The translations under genes and the position numbers were made by a program. This document shows positions 19,508 to 30,125 of a stretch of DNA of 64,000 nt, in pieces. The notes beneath the pieces are model-generated. The model saw only the letters and a list, made by a program, of their open reading frames with translations. It was not told the DNA's origin and did not search any database. The DNA is from Nanobdellota archaeon. GTDB lineage: Archaea; Nanobdellota; Nanobdellia; Pacearchaeales; GW2011-AR1. The stretch covers positions 164 through 64,163 of the forward strand of contig JBBSYO010000022.1 of NCBI GenBank assembly GCA_038045185.1, given 5' to 3'. Every line of letters begins with the position of its first letter. The first letter of the stretch is position 1.

Positions 19508-19983
19508 CGATTGCATTAGTTTCTTCACAAGGCGGGCATTCTGGACAAATGCGTATTCTTTTTACACCTAGCGTCTTGGAAAATCATCGTGCCATTTTCA
19601 TAACAGAGTCCGAATCTGCGCCAATGACTGTTCGTGATAAAGGATTTCAGGGGAAGTATAAGACGTATTACCTTGAGAAGGATGTTCTTTTACAACTCAA
19701 TCCTGTAGCTTACATAAAGAGCGTGATGGATTTGTACAATGTCTTCAAGCGCGAGAAAGTTCATCTTGTAATTACGAATGGTGCCCAGATTTCTATAACC
19801 GCAGGTATTGCCGCGCGTATTCTTGGCATACCCCTTGTTTTTATTGACACTGTTGTGCGCGTTAAGACTCCTGACTGGTCTGCTCGCGTCTGCTATTTTC
19901 TCTCTGACGTTTTTATAGTGCAGCATGCCTCAATGGCTCGCAGATATGGTCGTCGTGCGATTTATCGCGGAGAGATTCTATGA
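19504..19983 (+). CDS. Alg14/PssD-like glycosyltransferase acceptor subunit
   Basis: SSQGGH, ITNGA, FIVQH motifs. Confidence 0.85.
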   Translation: MTIALVSSQGGHSGQMRILFTPSVLENHRAIFITESESAPMTVRDKGFQGKYKTYYLEKDVLLQLNPVAYIKSVMDLYNVFKREKVHLVITNGAQISITAGIAARILGIPLVFIDTVVRVKTPDWSARVCYFLSDVFIVQHASMARRYGRRAIYRGEIL

Positions 19984-20456
19984 TTTTTGTCACTGTGGGC
20001 ACTCACCCTGGTGGATTTGACCGTCTTATACGCCACATGGACAAGATTGCAGGATTATTGAAAGAGAAAGTTATTATTCAGAGGGGATTCAATAAATACA
20101 CTCCGCAGAATGCGGAGTACTTCGATTTTGCAGATAACCTTGAACCGTACTTTTCCAAGGCGCGCATCGTCATCAGCCATTCTGCCACCTCGCTCGTTGA
20201 ATTTGTTCTAACCCAAAAGAAACCAATCATCGCAGTACCTAGGCGTGCAGATTTCGGTGAGCATATTAATGACCATCAAGTCGAATTCGCACGTTATCTC
20301 GAGCATAAACTTGGCATTAAGGCAGTAATGAATATACATGAGATTACTTCTGCGTTGTTGATTGGATACAATACTCTACCGCGCGTTGATCGCAGCGGAA
20401 TGAAACGTTTGCAAAATTTTTTAAAAAATATTATTTCGACTTATGAACCCAATTGA
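19980..20456 (+). CDS. Alg13/PssE-like glycosyltransferase catalytic subunit
   Basis: MIFVTVGT..FDRL, ISH, PR...GEHINDHQ. Confidence 0.88.
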   Translation: MIFVTVGTHPGGFDRLIRHMDKIAGLLKEKVIIQRGFNKYTPQNAEYFDFADNLEPYFSKARIVISHSATSLVEFVLTQKKPIIAVPRRADFGEHINDHQVEFARYLEHKLGIKAVMNIHEITSALLIGYNTLPRVDRSGMKRLQNFLKNIISTYEPN

Positions 20457-21102
20457 ACCGTTTGCTTTCACGCGCATAGATTATGTTATCAACCTTATAG
20501 CACCACACAAAAAACAGAGAATATTGCACATTGGAGTTTCCAATATACCTGACATTGAAAAGCTAGTTGAAAATACTGTTGCTGAGTCAGTGACAGTTGA
20601 TATCGATAAGGAGAAGATAGAAAAGGCAAGGTCGCATGTTACAAAGGCGCGTATTCTTGAAGACGACATTATGCGCCCGGCAAAGCTAAAGAAGGGGCAT
20701 TTCGACGTGGTTGTCATGCTTGAAGTTCTTGAACATTTGAAAGATGATGTTGGTGCGCTTAACACGATACATCGCCTTCTGAAAAAGGGAGGCCATCTTA
20801 TCATATCTGTGCCAAACAAGGACTTGCGCCATGTGATAAACCCAGTTAAATATTTTGAACATGAAAGACACTATTCAAATGAAGATATTATCGAAAAGCT
20901 GCGCGGCGCTGGATTTGGTATCGAGCATTTTAACGTAGTGGAATCATTCAGTTTGCTGGCTAATCTCTACCTGCATATCATCATGAAATTTCTATTAAGG
21001 AAGAACGTTCCGTTCAATTTCTTTGACCGGCATCATAACAAGACGTATGCACAATATAATCGGCATGGTCTTGACATTATTTTGAAGGCGCGTAAAATTT
21101 AG
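20443..21102 (+). CDS. class I SAM-dependent methyltransferase
   Basis: ILHIG, FDVVVMLEVLEH, LKKGG.LIISVPN. Confidence 0.85.
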   Translation: MNPIEPFAFTRIDYVINLIAPHKKQRILHIGVSNIPDIEKLVENTVAESVTVDIDKEKIEKARSHVTKARILEDDIMRPAKLKKGHFDVVVMLEVLEHLKDDVGALNTIHRLLKKGGHLIISVPNKDLRHVINPVKYFEHERHYSNEDIIEKLRGAGFGIEHFNVVESFSLLANLYLHIIMKFLLRKNVPFNFFDRHHNKTYAQYNRHGLDIILKARKI

Positions 21103-22103
21103 CGTTTACTAACGTACCCGATATAGTTTCTAATGAAGAATAGAGTTATAATCCCATATTCGAGAGTTATGAAAAATGTGTAAAGCGGATGAAGCAACCA
21201 GAATAATTTTCTTTTCTTGCTGAATTGTTTAATCGCAGTTATAAACGGAACAAGCAGGCTAAGGTTTGAAGCAACGCGCAACCAAAATCGTATCTTGCTT
21301 CTCAAATCATTCCCGGCCCAGTTATACTTCTTCCAGGAATAATCGTTCCTGATGAAGCGGCAATAATATTTTCCTTTCTTTATCATAAATGATGACAGAC
21401 TGTTTGAGGTTTTGTGATATAACCTTGATTTCTGAGGGATGGCGACTTTCATTCCGCAATCTGCCATGTCCTTAAAGACATCGACATCTCTAGTGTAACC
21501 TCCGATTATCCCGAAAACTTCCTTTCTGAAAAGGCATCCGTTAGCTCCTCCAAAGAGGACATGTTTTGGATTTAGCGTGTGGACATAGTATCCGTTTACG
21601 GACTCGAATTGCTCTGGACGCAAAACTGCTTGCGATACCAGAGAGTAGTCTACGGCGAAGGGGTCTTCCACTCCAAGCGCGTTCACGTACTTCAAAAATG
21701 GAGGATCTCCAGGCAGATACATAAGAAATGATTGCGAAGCCATTATTTGGTTGTCTTCTCCCATTGGCCGCATCATTTCAGCCAGCCAGTCATTATGGAG
21801 AAGGATATTGTCATGATCTAAAAAAACTATATATTCGCCTCTTGCGGAAGAAACACCCTGATCTTTCCCGTTACCTTTTCCTTCGGATAGAGTGAAGGGG
21901 TTGTGCATGAGCTTTATCTGTGCGTTTTCTTTCTGGAGCACCCTTACAGCGGAGAGAGTTCCGTCATTTGAACCCCCATCAATGACAATAATTTCATAGT
22001 TACCCGATGGGTAATCTTGAGAGAGTATCGATGCAAGGCATTCTTTAATGGTCGAGATTCCATTAAGTACGGCTATCACGAAACTGACTTTTATTTTGTT
22101 CAT
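21099..22103 (-). CDS. GT2 glycosyltransferase
   Basis: EIIVIDGGSNDGT, FLDHD. Confidence 0.9.
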   Translation of the reverse strand: MNKIKVSFVIAVLNGISTIKECLASILSQDYPSGNYEIIVIDGGSNDGTLSAVRVLQKENAQIKLMHNPFTLSEGKGNGKDQGVSSARGEYIVFLDHDNILLHNDWLAEMMRPMGEDNQIMASQSFLMYLPGDPPFLKYVNALGVEDPFAVDYSLVSQAVLRPEQFESVNGYYVHTLNPKHVLFGGANGCLFRKEVFGIIGGYTRDVDVFKDMADCGMKVAIPQKSRLYHKTSNSLSSFMIKKGKYYCRFIRNDYSWKKYNWAGNDLRSKIRFWLRVASNLSLLVPFITAIKQFSKKRKLFWLLHPLYTFFITLEYGIITLFFIRNYIGYVSKR

Positions 22104-23953
22104 TAGATTTTTATCTTGCGCGGATTTTGTCCGTCTATGTATTCCTTATACCATAGTTCTAGGTTCAACAGTACCCAGAGACGATGATCGTTTCTAAATG
22201 CGCCGGTATTTTTCATTATTTTGTCAATCTCGGTTCCTTTAATGATATGACGCGACTTCAAATCTTCGATGTGCGGCTTAATTCTCTGGACAAATTCTTT
22301 CCGTTGCATCCAACTGGACAAGGGCAGAGTGAAACCTTTCTTTGACCTGCGGAGGATAGTCTTGGGCAAAAGATCCTTAACAACCTCTCTAAAAAGTCTC
22401 CGATTATACTTATATTCTAGACCAATCTTCGAATAATACTCTACTAGCTTGACGTCGAGAAAGGGGGCGCGCACCTCTAATCCGTGAGCCATGCTCGTTT
22501 TATCTACTTTCATGAGCAAATCGTTGGGCAACCACTCTTTGAAATAAAACTGAATTACCTGGTTTTCTATATTTTTTTCTGAATTTATCAGCGAGTCAAC
22601 GGCGGTTGCGGGATTAATCTTTTTTACAACTCCTGCAACAAAAAGATTTCTTTTATCAGCTCTATTAAACGGAAAATAAAATAATCGCTTGGTATTTTCT
22701 ACTAAATCTTTTGGATGCGCTGCTATTTCCGCAGCTAGATTTGACATTTGTTTGTAAGGATATCGTAAGATGGCTGAGCTTGCAGATAGTGCAGGAGAAA
22801 CAACTCCCTTTGATAAAAATGAGGGCGTCCGGGCTATCCTTCTCAATGCAGGGATTTTGTTAAAGGAGTCGTAGCCTCCGAAGACCTCATCTCCTCCTTC
22901 TCCAGAGAGCGCAACCTTAACCTTCTTCGAAACTTCCTTGCATAAAAGATAGGTGGGTAGCGAGGCGGGATCTGCCAATGGCTCGTCGAGATGCCATACA
23001 ACCTGAGGTAGAATGCCTAAGATGTCTCGGTCTAGCATGATGCTTGTATGATTTGTATTGTAGGCTCGTGCGACTTTCTCCGCGTAGGGAGATTCGTCTG
23101 AGCCGTCGCTGAAACCTACTGAAAATGTTTGGATATTATCTGTGAAACGAGACATGTAAGATACTATTGTGCTTGAGTCTAAACCGCCAGAAAGAAAGAC
23201 TCCGATTGGGACATCTGCAAGTAACCTTTTTTTGACTGAATCTGCTATCAAGGAATCTACTTCTTTTCTTGAAGGTTTTTGAGTTTCTGATAATACTGGC
23301 AACTTCCAATAAGAGTGCCTTTTTATCCTTCCTTGAGAGAATAAAATTGCGGTTCCAGGTTCGAGCTTTCGCACAGCAGAAAAGATAGTTGTGTTTCCTG
23401 AAGAGAAACGAAGGGTGAGAAAATTAGAGATGGATTGCATATCTATTCCCCTATCAAGTTCTGTATCTTCAAGCAATGCTTTTATTTCGGAAGCAAATGC
23501 AATTCCATTTTCGTTCTTGTAATAGTATAGCGGTTTTTTTCCTAATCTGTCGCGCGCAAGCACTAACTCCTTTTTGCGCCTGTCCCATAGTGCAAAGGTG
23601 AACATGCCATCCAAATGCTGTAAAACTTTAACCCCGTACTCTTGATAACCATGAAGAATTGCTTCTGTGTCTGAATTGCTACTGAATCTGTACCTGAGTT
23701 TTATTAGCTGCTCCTTAAGTTGGGGATAGTTGTAGATCTCTCCGTTGAATATAATGACATAGTTATCGTCTTCAGTAAACATTGGTTGGTGACCTTTCTC
23801 TGATAAGTCGAGAATACTCAACCTCCTATGCCCAAGAGATATGTCTTTATCTATATAGAAACCTTCGTCGTCTGGACCGCGATGCTGAATGGCTCGCGTC
23901 ATCTTTCTTATAAGGGATTTATCTTCCCAGGTGAAACCTGCTATTCCGCACAT
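22103..23953 (-). CDS. asnB: asparagine synthase-like glutamine amidotransferase (probable sugar amidation)
   Basis: MCGIAG, HRGPD, LSGGLDSS, SGEGGDE, EVRAPFLD. Confidence 0.93.
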   Translation of the reverse strand: MCGIAGFTWEDKSLIRKMTRAIQHRGPDDEGFYIDKDISLGHRRLSILDLSEKGHQPMFTEDDNYVIIFNGEIYNYPQLKEQLIKLRYRFSSNSDTEAILHGYQEYGVKVLQHLDGMFTFALWDRRKKELVLARDRLGKKPLYYYKNENGIAFASEIKALLEDTELDRGIDMQSISNFLTLRFSSGNTTIFSAVRKLEPGTAILFSQGRIKRHSYWKLPVLSETQKPSRKEVDSLIADSVKKRLLADVPIGVFLSGGLDSSTIVSYMSRFTDNIQTFSVGFSDGSDESPYAEKVARAYNTNHTSIMLDRDILGILPQVVWHLDEPLADPASLPTYLLCKEVSKKVKVALSGEGGDEVFGGYDSFNKIPALRRIARTPSFLSKGVVSPALSASSAILRYPYKQMSNLAAEIAAHPKDLVENTKRLFYFPFNRADKRNLFVAGVVKKINPATAVDSLINSEKNIENQVIQFYFKEWLPNDLLMKVDKTSMAHGLEVRAPFLDVKLVEYYSKIGLEYKYNRRLFREVVKDLLPKTILRRSKKGFTLPLSSWMQRKEFVQRIKPHIEDLKSRHIIKGTEIDKIMKNTGAFRNDHRLWVLLNLELWYKEYIDGQNPRKIKI

Positions 23954-23975
23954 AAAGAGATTATTTAAGAACGCT

Positions 23976-25580
23976 TTATAAATTGTCTGAAAGATAAGTT
24001 ATTTTATAAATGAAGATGCCGTTAAGCGAGTCTTGTGGATAGATATAGTCGAATTGGTATTTCTTATCGAGTACAGTGCGCGGTTTAAGATCCAGGCTTT
24101 TGAGCGTGCCCTGGGGTGCAATGCTAATTGAAGAGTTGAAGAAGGGCATTACTATCTCCATACTCCCGTCAGAATATCTTCTTTGAGTGATAAGCCAGTC
24201 TGGATGATTGGGCTCGATGATAGATAACATGATGTAGGCAGGTTTCTTTTCGTCTAAAAGTTTAGTAAAGTTTTCTGGAGATAAACGAGCATAAGTGAAA
24301 ACCAATCTCTCGGAGTAGGTTACGGTTTGGGTGTAAGAAACGCTGAGAATACTGTCTTGCGGGTTTGAGTTATCTTTTATCCAGAGAGATGCTTCTTTAA
24401 TAGGAAGATAAGAAGACTTCTTTATCTCGACGAGAGAGTTTGTATGTTGTATTTGGTAATAGATAAAAATAGATAAGAGGATTATAATCAGTATGGCTGC
24501 GATTTTTTTGTTATGGGGCGAGATTTTTTCAGAGAAGAAGGTTAGTCCAGTGGCAGAAAAGTACATGACGAACGGAATCATGAGAAAAACCCATCGGTCC
24601 TCTATTGTTCCTCTAATGTAGAAGATATAGAACAGACTAAGCGTGAGCAAGATTATTAAAGAGAACACATTTGCGTCAAGCCTTTTCTCCTTATTTTGAA
24701 GTAGGATATCAAATGAAATCGCGAGATTGAACAACGCAACGCAAATCCCTGATATAAACAGGACAAAAAATATGCCTTTGGGAAATTGGTAAAAGTAGTT
24801 TAAGACCATCCAGCCCAAATCCCAGCCTTGCCCTATGCCTGTTCCTCCTATATACGATGGAGCGAATGCGGCAGGATTGCCGAATAACGCGTATTGCCAT
24901 ATGGCAAATGGCACCAGAGTTATAATGAAGGCAAGAAGAGCAATCCAATATCTCTTATGTTTTATGAAAGATAATCCGTCTTTGAACAATATGAATAAAA
25001 ACAGTGAGAGTGGGACTAATAATGCGGAAATTTTGAAGTAGAAACCAAGTGCTGCAAAAACTCCCCCATAGATGGCGTGCGATTTTTTATTGTCCTTAAA
25101 GAGCTTCCAGAAAAATAGAAGAGATAACAGTTGGAAGCTCAATGATAGATAGTCTGGCTGAAATCTTGCGCTCCAGAACAATAGAGACCATATGAAAGAA
25201 GAAGCGAATGCAGCAATAAGTGCGATTTTTTTAGTGAAGAGTTCCTTACCTAGGAGGTATATGCAGACGATTACAAAAGTTGAAGGGACCAAAACAAGCA
25301 AAAATTTCAGAGCACCTTCCGCAAGCCCTATCTTTAATAAGGGAACTGCTAGAAGTTGAAATAATGGGGGTCGTTGCGGATTAAGATTATACGGCACGCC
25401 AAACGCCCAGTGTTTTGCCGTTGACATATATTCGGCTTCATCCCACCAAAGCGGTTGATTATAAGCTTGGATGAAAAAATAGAGGCGCAACAGAAATGCG
25501 GTAACTATGAGCAGAACAAATCCAATATTGTATTTGTCCTTCAGCCAAATTTTGATTGCGTCTTGTGGTCGTACAGCCAT
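23976..25580 (-). CDS. GT-C fold (PMT_2/ArnT-like) membrane glycosyltransferase
   Basis: WWDEAEY, RPPL after first TM; polytopic. Confidence 0.82.
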   Translation of the reverse strand: MAVRPQDAIKIWLKDKYNIGFVLLIVTAFLLRLYFFIQAYNQPLWWDEAEYMSTAKHWAFGVPYNLNPQRPPLFQLLAVPLLKIGLAEGALKFLLVLVPSTFVIVCIYLLGKELFTKKIALIAAFASSFIWSLLFWSARFQPDYLSLSFQLLSLLFFWKLFKDNKKSHAIYGGVFAALGFYFKISALLVPLSLFLFILFKDGLSFIKHKRYWIALLAFIITLVPFAIWQYALFGNPAAFAPSYIGGTGIGQGWDLGWMVLNYFYQFPKGIFFVLFISGICVALFNLAISFDILLQNKEKRLDANVFSLIILLTLSLFYIFYIRGTIEDRWVFLMIPFVMYFSATGLTFFSEKISPHNKKIAAILIIILLSIFIYYQIQHTNSLVEIKKSSYLPIKEASLWIKDNSNPQDSILSVSYTQTVTYSERLVFTYARLSPENFTKLLDEKKPAYIMLSIIEPNHPDWLITQRRYSDGSMEIVMPFFNSSISIAPQGTLKSLDLKPRTVLDKKYQFDYIYPQDSLNGIFIYKITYLSDNL

Positions 25581-25666
25581 ACCCCCCCCACTTAGAGAAG
25601 CTATTTATACCTTATCGATTTTCTATAAGAACAGCGAGATAGGTTTTTTTATCGGTGTTAACACAA

Positions 25667-28387
25667 TTAAACCCGAAGTAGCTCTGGAGGCCATTCCTCG
25701 CTGAGGTATTCTTTCTTAAATTCGATATCGCTTGGGTAGTGTATTTCCCATATTTTTATTGGACCACGTAGCGCGTCATAACTTATGATTGATGAGTTAA
25801 AGCTGGGCACTTGCTTTTTTATTTCGGCAACAAAAAAATCATCCTCTGAATGAACCAATTCGAAATTTGGATTGACCTCATTGTAGAAGTATAGCCGTGC
25901 AAATTGAGAATTTACGGCCCTAGAGCTTAGATAGAGTAGTGAACCGTCATCTTGTATTTGCAATCCATTGGCGCCGTTAATCAAACGGGGAATGAAAAAT
26001 ACACCAGATTCGATGCCGCTACCGAAGTCTTTTAGCTCTCCATCAAATGCATATCTTAAAGGAAGGTTATACTGTCGGTCTTGGTTCACGAATATGCCTA
26101 CTGGCTGGCTTATCATCTCCCCAGTTGTAGATGATTTTTCTATTAAGAGGGCACCAAGAGCAGCCGTGCCTTCGGGCAGAAATATTCTTGTCCCGTTATC
26201 TTCATAAATTATATCTGCGTCCAGTAGAACGCCTCCAGAATATAAAAAGACGGTTGAGTTCTTTCTTTCCTGAATCTGGCTTAAATCTTGATTGAATGTT
26301 GCAAAGAAGCTAACGCGATCATAGTTTTTATCAGAGCCTATACTGGAAAAGGCGCTATATTTCCCGATATCTGTAGAATCGATGAGGAAATGAGTGGTAT
26401 TGTGCGCGTACAGAAATTCTAACGCTTCCTTATTGCTTGTTCCTGTAAGTGCGTATCTACCCATAAGATGATTCCAATAAGATTTTGCGTTGCCCCCGTC
26501 CAGAACAGTAGCACGTTCGCCTAGAGTCTGAACCCAATACCCGTAATCCCACCAATGACCAAATACTGCGTTTGGGGGCGTGCTTTCTCGCACCCAAGCC
26601 ATTGCCTTCTGCCATTGTTGATTGTACGGACTTGGAATGTAACCTGCGGCCGTGGCGACTGAAGTCTTATAAAACTGATATCCTGAAAAGATAAAGGCTA
26701 CGATTATTATGCCTGCACAGATTATTGAGATTGTGCGCTTAGTTGACTTCTCTGTATTTAGTGCGAGACTTGCTATTTCAACCGAGAGATATGCGGCAAG
26801 TATAGATGCCGCAGGGACTAGCATCATAACCAGTCTAATGCCGCCCCTGGCAGATATTAGACTTATCAAAAAGAAGCACAAGACAAAGATAGAACTGAAT
26901 TCTATATTTTTGAGCCGTTCTTGTTCTCCAGACTTGTAGTGTAGGCGATAGTAATAACCTAATGTTGCCAGAAGCACTATGGGTCCGAGGGCGTAAAATA
27001 ACAGGCTCAAACCATTTGTGCCGTTGAAGGTGCTGTTTCCGGAATATCTGCTAAAGATGATTGAAGTTAAAAATAACGTAAATGCCAATGTGGAGAGCAT
27101 TCTCTCTCTTGAGTTAAGAGACTTGATTGCCCTGTAGAACAAGCCAATGGCCCCAAAAAAGAATGACCAGAATATTATTTTTACTCCTGCTATTTTAGGT
27201 CCGAAACTGTCGGCCCATTCAACAAAATAGGGCTGTTTATTTTCTGCAACAGTGACGCTCAAACGATCTGTAGACGTCGTCACTAGGAATTTCTTCAGAG
27301 TTAGGACTTTCTCTCCTATCAGACTTGGTCCGAAAACAATAGCGCTAACAACTAGTACAAGGACTATCGTTGTTAAAAGAGAAAAAATCGGTCTTGGAAT
27401 TTTAGCTATTTTCTCATGGGATAAATAGTTCTTTATACGTGTATCAAATAAAATTGAATCGACTATTATAACGAGAAGCGCAAGGACGCTGGGAAGATTT
27501 GTCGTTGAGGTCAACAGTTCAGAGAGGGAATAACGGTTCGTGCCAAGGAACAGGAGGATGAAAGCGGTAAGAAGCCAGACTGCATAAAGGTATTTTTTCC
27601 CTTTATCCATCTTTCCCAAAAGGAACGCAATTAGAACTGCCGGACCTATGGTAAGAATGATGTAGAGATATCCGCCCCATACGAGGCCCATGAGATCTGT
27701 AGATATTCCTGCAAGCAGACCATAGGTGTATCTACTGATTTGACCTCTTGCTTTCCATCCGCACATGAAAAAATAGAACGCGAGGAAGAGGAACAAAATT
27801 CCGCTTGCTTCCTTTTCTGGAATGCCTGCAATTGTTCGCGGCAGCAGGGCTGGAATGACTGATAAGAAGAGAGATGCGACAAGCGCGATAATGTTGGCCT
27901 TGTTTTTGCCCATATTTTCTGCAAAGAACTTTCGAGTCATAAAAAAGAAGGTAATAACTGCCAAGGCGAACATGACTGCAGGATATAGCACTGCAGATTG
28001 AGTTATTGAGCCCGACCCAAAAAATACAGCTATTTTGTGGAACCAAGTAATTAGATAGACGTGCAGATTGAGTTCGTATGCGGTGTCGTATCCGAGCGGC
28101 GCATATCGCATAGTATCGACAACCATCAAAGCGCCATGCTCTAGGATATACTTAGCCCATCTCAAGAATAGAAAGGGATCGAGGTCTGGTCCAAGTGTCC
28201 AGTCTCCAGTCGTTATATCTCTCAGCCCTGGCAGATTAGCGATTCTTATTCTTATGGCAAGGAAGGTTATGATTGCGAGAAGAACGTAAGAGATAAAATT
28301 CGTGTCTTTTTTTATAAAATTCAGAACTTTTTCTTTTCTTTCCCGTATAATGGTTTCGCTATGGTCTGAGGCGCTTGATTCGTCCAT
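25667..28387 (-). CDS. aglB: oligosaccharyltransferase AglB (STT3)
   Basis: DLDP, TVAE, WWDYG, DGGN and D..DIGK motifs. Confidence 0.96.
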   Translation of the reverse strand: MDESSASDHSETIIRERKEKVLNFIKKDTNFISYVLLAIITFLAIRIRIANLPGLRDITTGDWTLGPDLDPFLFLRWAKYILEHGALMVVDTMRYAPLGYDTAYELNLHVYLITWFHKIAVFFGSGSITQSAVLYPAVMFALAVITFFFMTRKFFAENMGKNKANIIALVASLFLSVIPALLPRTIAGIPEKEASGILFLFLAFYFFMCGWKARGQISRYTYGLLAGISTDLMGLVWGGYLYIILTIGPAVLIAFLLGKMDKGKKYLYAVWLLTAFILLFLGTNRYSLSELLTSTTNLPSVLALLVIIVDSILFDTRIKNYLSHEKIAKIPRPIFSLLTTIVLVLVVSAIVFGPSLIGEKVLTLKKFLVTTSTDRLSVTVAENKQPYFVEWADSFGPKIAGVKIIFWSFFFGAIGLFYRAIKSLNSRERMLSTLAFTLFLTSIIFSRYSGNSTFNGTNGLSLLFYALGPIVLLATLGYYYRLHYKSGEQERLKNIEFSSIFVLCFFLISLISARGGIRLVMMLVPAASILAAYLSVEIASLALNTEKSTKRTISIICAGIIIVAFIFSGYQFYKTSVATAAGYIPSPYNQQWQKAMAWVRESTPPNAVFGHWWDYGYWVQTLGERATVLDGGNAKSYWNHLMGRYALTGTSNKEALEFLYAHNTTHFLIDSTDIGKYSAFSSIGSDKNYDRVSFFATFNQDLSQIQERKNSTVFLYSGGVLLDADIIYEDNGTRIFLPEGTAALGALLIEKSSTTGEMISQPVGIFVNQDRQYNLPLRYAFDGELKDFGSGIESGVFFIPRLINGANGLQIQDDGSLLYLSSRAVNSQFARLYFYNEVNPNFELVHSEDDFFVAEIKKQVPSFNSSIISYDALRGPIKIWEIHYPSDIEFKKEYLSEEWPPELLRV

Positions 28388-28458
28388 TGCTACCAAGAAA
28401 AAGTCCTTCTTATATAAACCTTTATCCGCGAACAGATAGCCTCAAAATCGCTTAAACG

Positions 28459-29259
28459 CTACACCGTCTGTTTTCCGGAAAAAAATCCCTTCCAGAAGCC
28501 ATGCAGAAAGTAAGGGTGGCTTATAACAGATGTAACTAAATAAGCAGGGAGCAGGGCAAGACCTTTACGCCAAGGGTAGCTGACAAATTGGAGTAGTATT
28601 CCGGCAATTGGTAATGCTTTCAAAAGACCCACATATCCTCGTGGTATGCGAAACCCGTACATTCTTAAGAGTGCTCCAAATCCATTAGCATATTGATAGG
28701 TCTTTCTGAGGCGTTGTTTGAACGTCGTTGGGTGAACGTGGAGCACGACTGCGTTAGGATAAGCAATTTTACCTTTCTCTTTTATTTTCATATACATGTC
28801 AAAATCCTCCCCAGCTGTTCTGAAATGAGTTTCGTTAAAGAGACCTACTTCTTTTAGAGTGCTTTTACGATAGGCATCTCCTTTCTCATCTAACAGAGGA
28901 GTTATAGTTCCTTTCTCATTAAGAGTCATGGCGCGAGTAAAAATACCAAATCTGCCCCATAACTGCACGGGAAAATGCACCTTCGATGCACTTGCAACTA
29001 TTGCTGAATCCTTGAGAGGTCCAACCAGATTTTCGAGCCAGTGCTCGCCTTCGGGAATACAATCTTGGGGGAGAGTAACTACAATTTCATACTTTGATTT
29101 GTTGATTCCGTAATTCATTTGTTTGGCCATCCCCCAACCCTTGTCAATGGGAAGCACTTCAACACCCCCAGAAAACTTTTGTTTTTTTACTGCAGTCAAG
29201 ACCCTTTGCAAAATTTCCTTGTTCGCCTTGTAGATGGGAAGAACAATCGACACATTCAT
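28459..29259 (-). CDS. GT2 glycosyltransferase (start moved to ATG 29259)
   Basis: VSIVLP, PQDC, GEDFD; longer track ORF runs through repeat DNA. Confidence 0.85.
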   Translation of the reverse strand: MNVSIVLPIYKANKEILQRVLTAVKKQKFSGGVEVLPIDKGWGMAKQMNYGINKSKYEIVVTLPQDCIPEGEHWLENLVGPLKDSAIVASASKVHFPVQLWGRFGIFTRAMTLNEKGTITPLLDEKGDAYRKSTLKEVGLFNETHFRTAGEDFDMYMKIKEKGKIAYPNAVVLHVHPTTFKQRLRKTYQYANGFGALLRMYGFRIPRGYVGLLKALPIAGILLQFVSYPWRKGLALLPAYLVTSVISHPYFLHGFWKGFFSGKQTV

Positions 29260-29314
29260 GATGATGACGTGGAAGACTGCTTTAAATATCTTTTCAGAAG
29301 TGCCAAGAACCGCC

Positions 29315-29500
29315 AGTCGCAGACCGAGGTATGTAAACGCCATACTTCGCGTGGTCGTCGAGAATCTTTGTTCTTGATGACCGTCAAAGTTAAAAATCTT
29401 TGGGGGCGTGGTTTTTTTCAAGTTCCTTGACATCAGAAGATTTTGAGGTCTCAGAATTTCCCTAGAGATTAAACCACTCGTCTTTGACGAGTGGAATTCC
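29315..29500. repeat. intergenic hairpin array B
   Basis: tcgagaa..ttcttga-tgaccg-tcaaag..ctttgg doublet 29358-403; ccactcgtc-ttt-gacgagtgg 29474-94. Confidence 0.8.
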
Positions 29501-29505
29501 TCAGT

Positions 29506-30048
29506 TTAAAAGAGCGCACCTATCTCCTTAAATAAAGGATGCTTCTTGTCACGTTCAGAGAGAATTGGATTTTTTATACCCCAGATGATTGCCAGTTCGG
29601 AATCGTTCCAGATTATTCCTCCTTCGGATTCTTTATTATAAGGAGAGGTCGCTTTGTAGTGCATGATTGTATCGTCTTCAAGCGCGAGGAAACCGTGAGC
29701 AAAACCCGCAGGTATCCAGAGCATCTTATTATTCTCTCCTGAAAGAATCGTGGAAAACCATTTCCCATTGGTTGGAGAATGCTCTCGTATATCGACTGTT
29801 ACATCAAGCGCCTTGCCTCGTATCACCCTGACCAGTTTTCCTTGTGCAGAGGGATATTTCTGAAAATGCAAACCACGTATAACTCCTTTTTTTGAGCGTG
29901 ATTGGAATTCTAAGGGAAATTTAAGCGGAATATGCATGGACTTTAATTTCTCATAGTTATAGTTTTCGAAGAAAGTACCACGAGCATCTGTAAACACATC
30001 TGGTAAAATCTCAACAAGACCTTCGAATGGTGTCTTCTTGATTTCCAT
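29506..30048 (-). CDS. rmlC: dTDP-4-dehydrorhamnose 3,5-epimerase
   Basis: DARGTF, RGLHFQ, QGKLVR, PAGFAHGF. Confidence 0.95.
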   Translation of the reverse strand: MEIKKTPFEGLVEILPDVFTDARGTFFENYNYEKLKSMHIPLKFPLEFQSRSKKGVIRGLHFQKYPSAQGKLVRVIRGKALDVTVDIREHSPTNGKWFSTILSGENNKMLWIPAGFAHGFLALEDDTIMHYKATSPYNKESEGGIIWNDSELAIIWGIKNPILSERDKKHPLFKEIGALF

Positions 30049-30125
30049 AGGAATGCAAACGCGCATACATTTTTAATGGTTTCGATGACACAAAAGTATT
30101 TAAAGTGAACCTTGAGTCAGCACGT

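Noticed and set aside
29260..29433. N-terminal extension of the GT2 ORF (also 43815-43874 and 61096-61161)
   Set aside because: Extensions cross TATA boxes, repeats, the MITE or the 5S gene; downstream ATGs match family N-termini.
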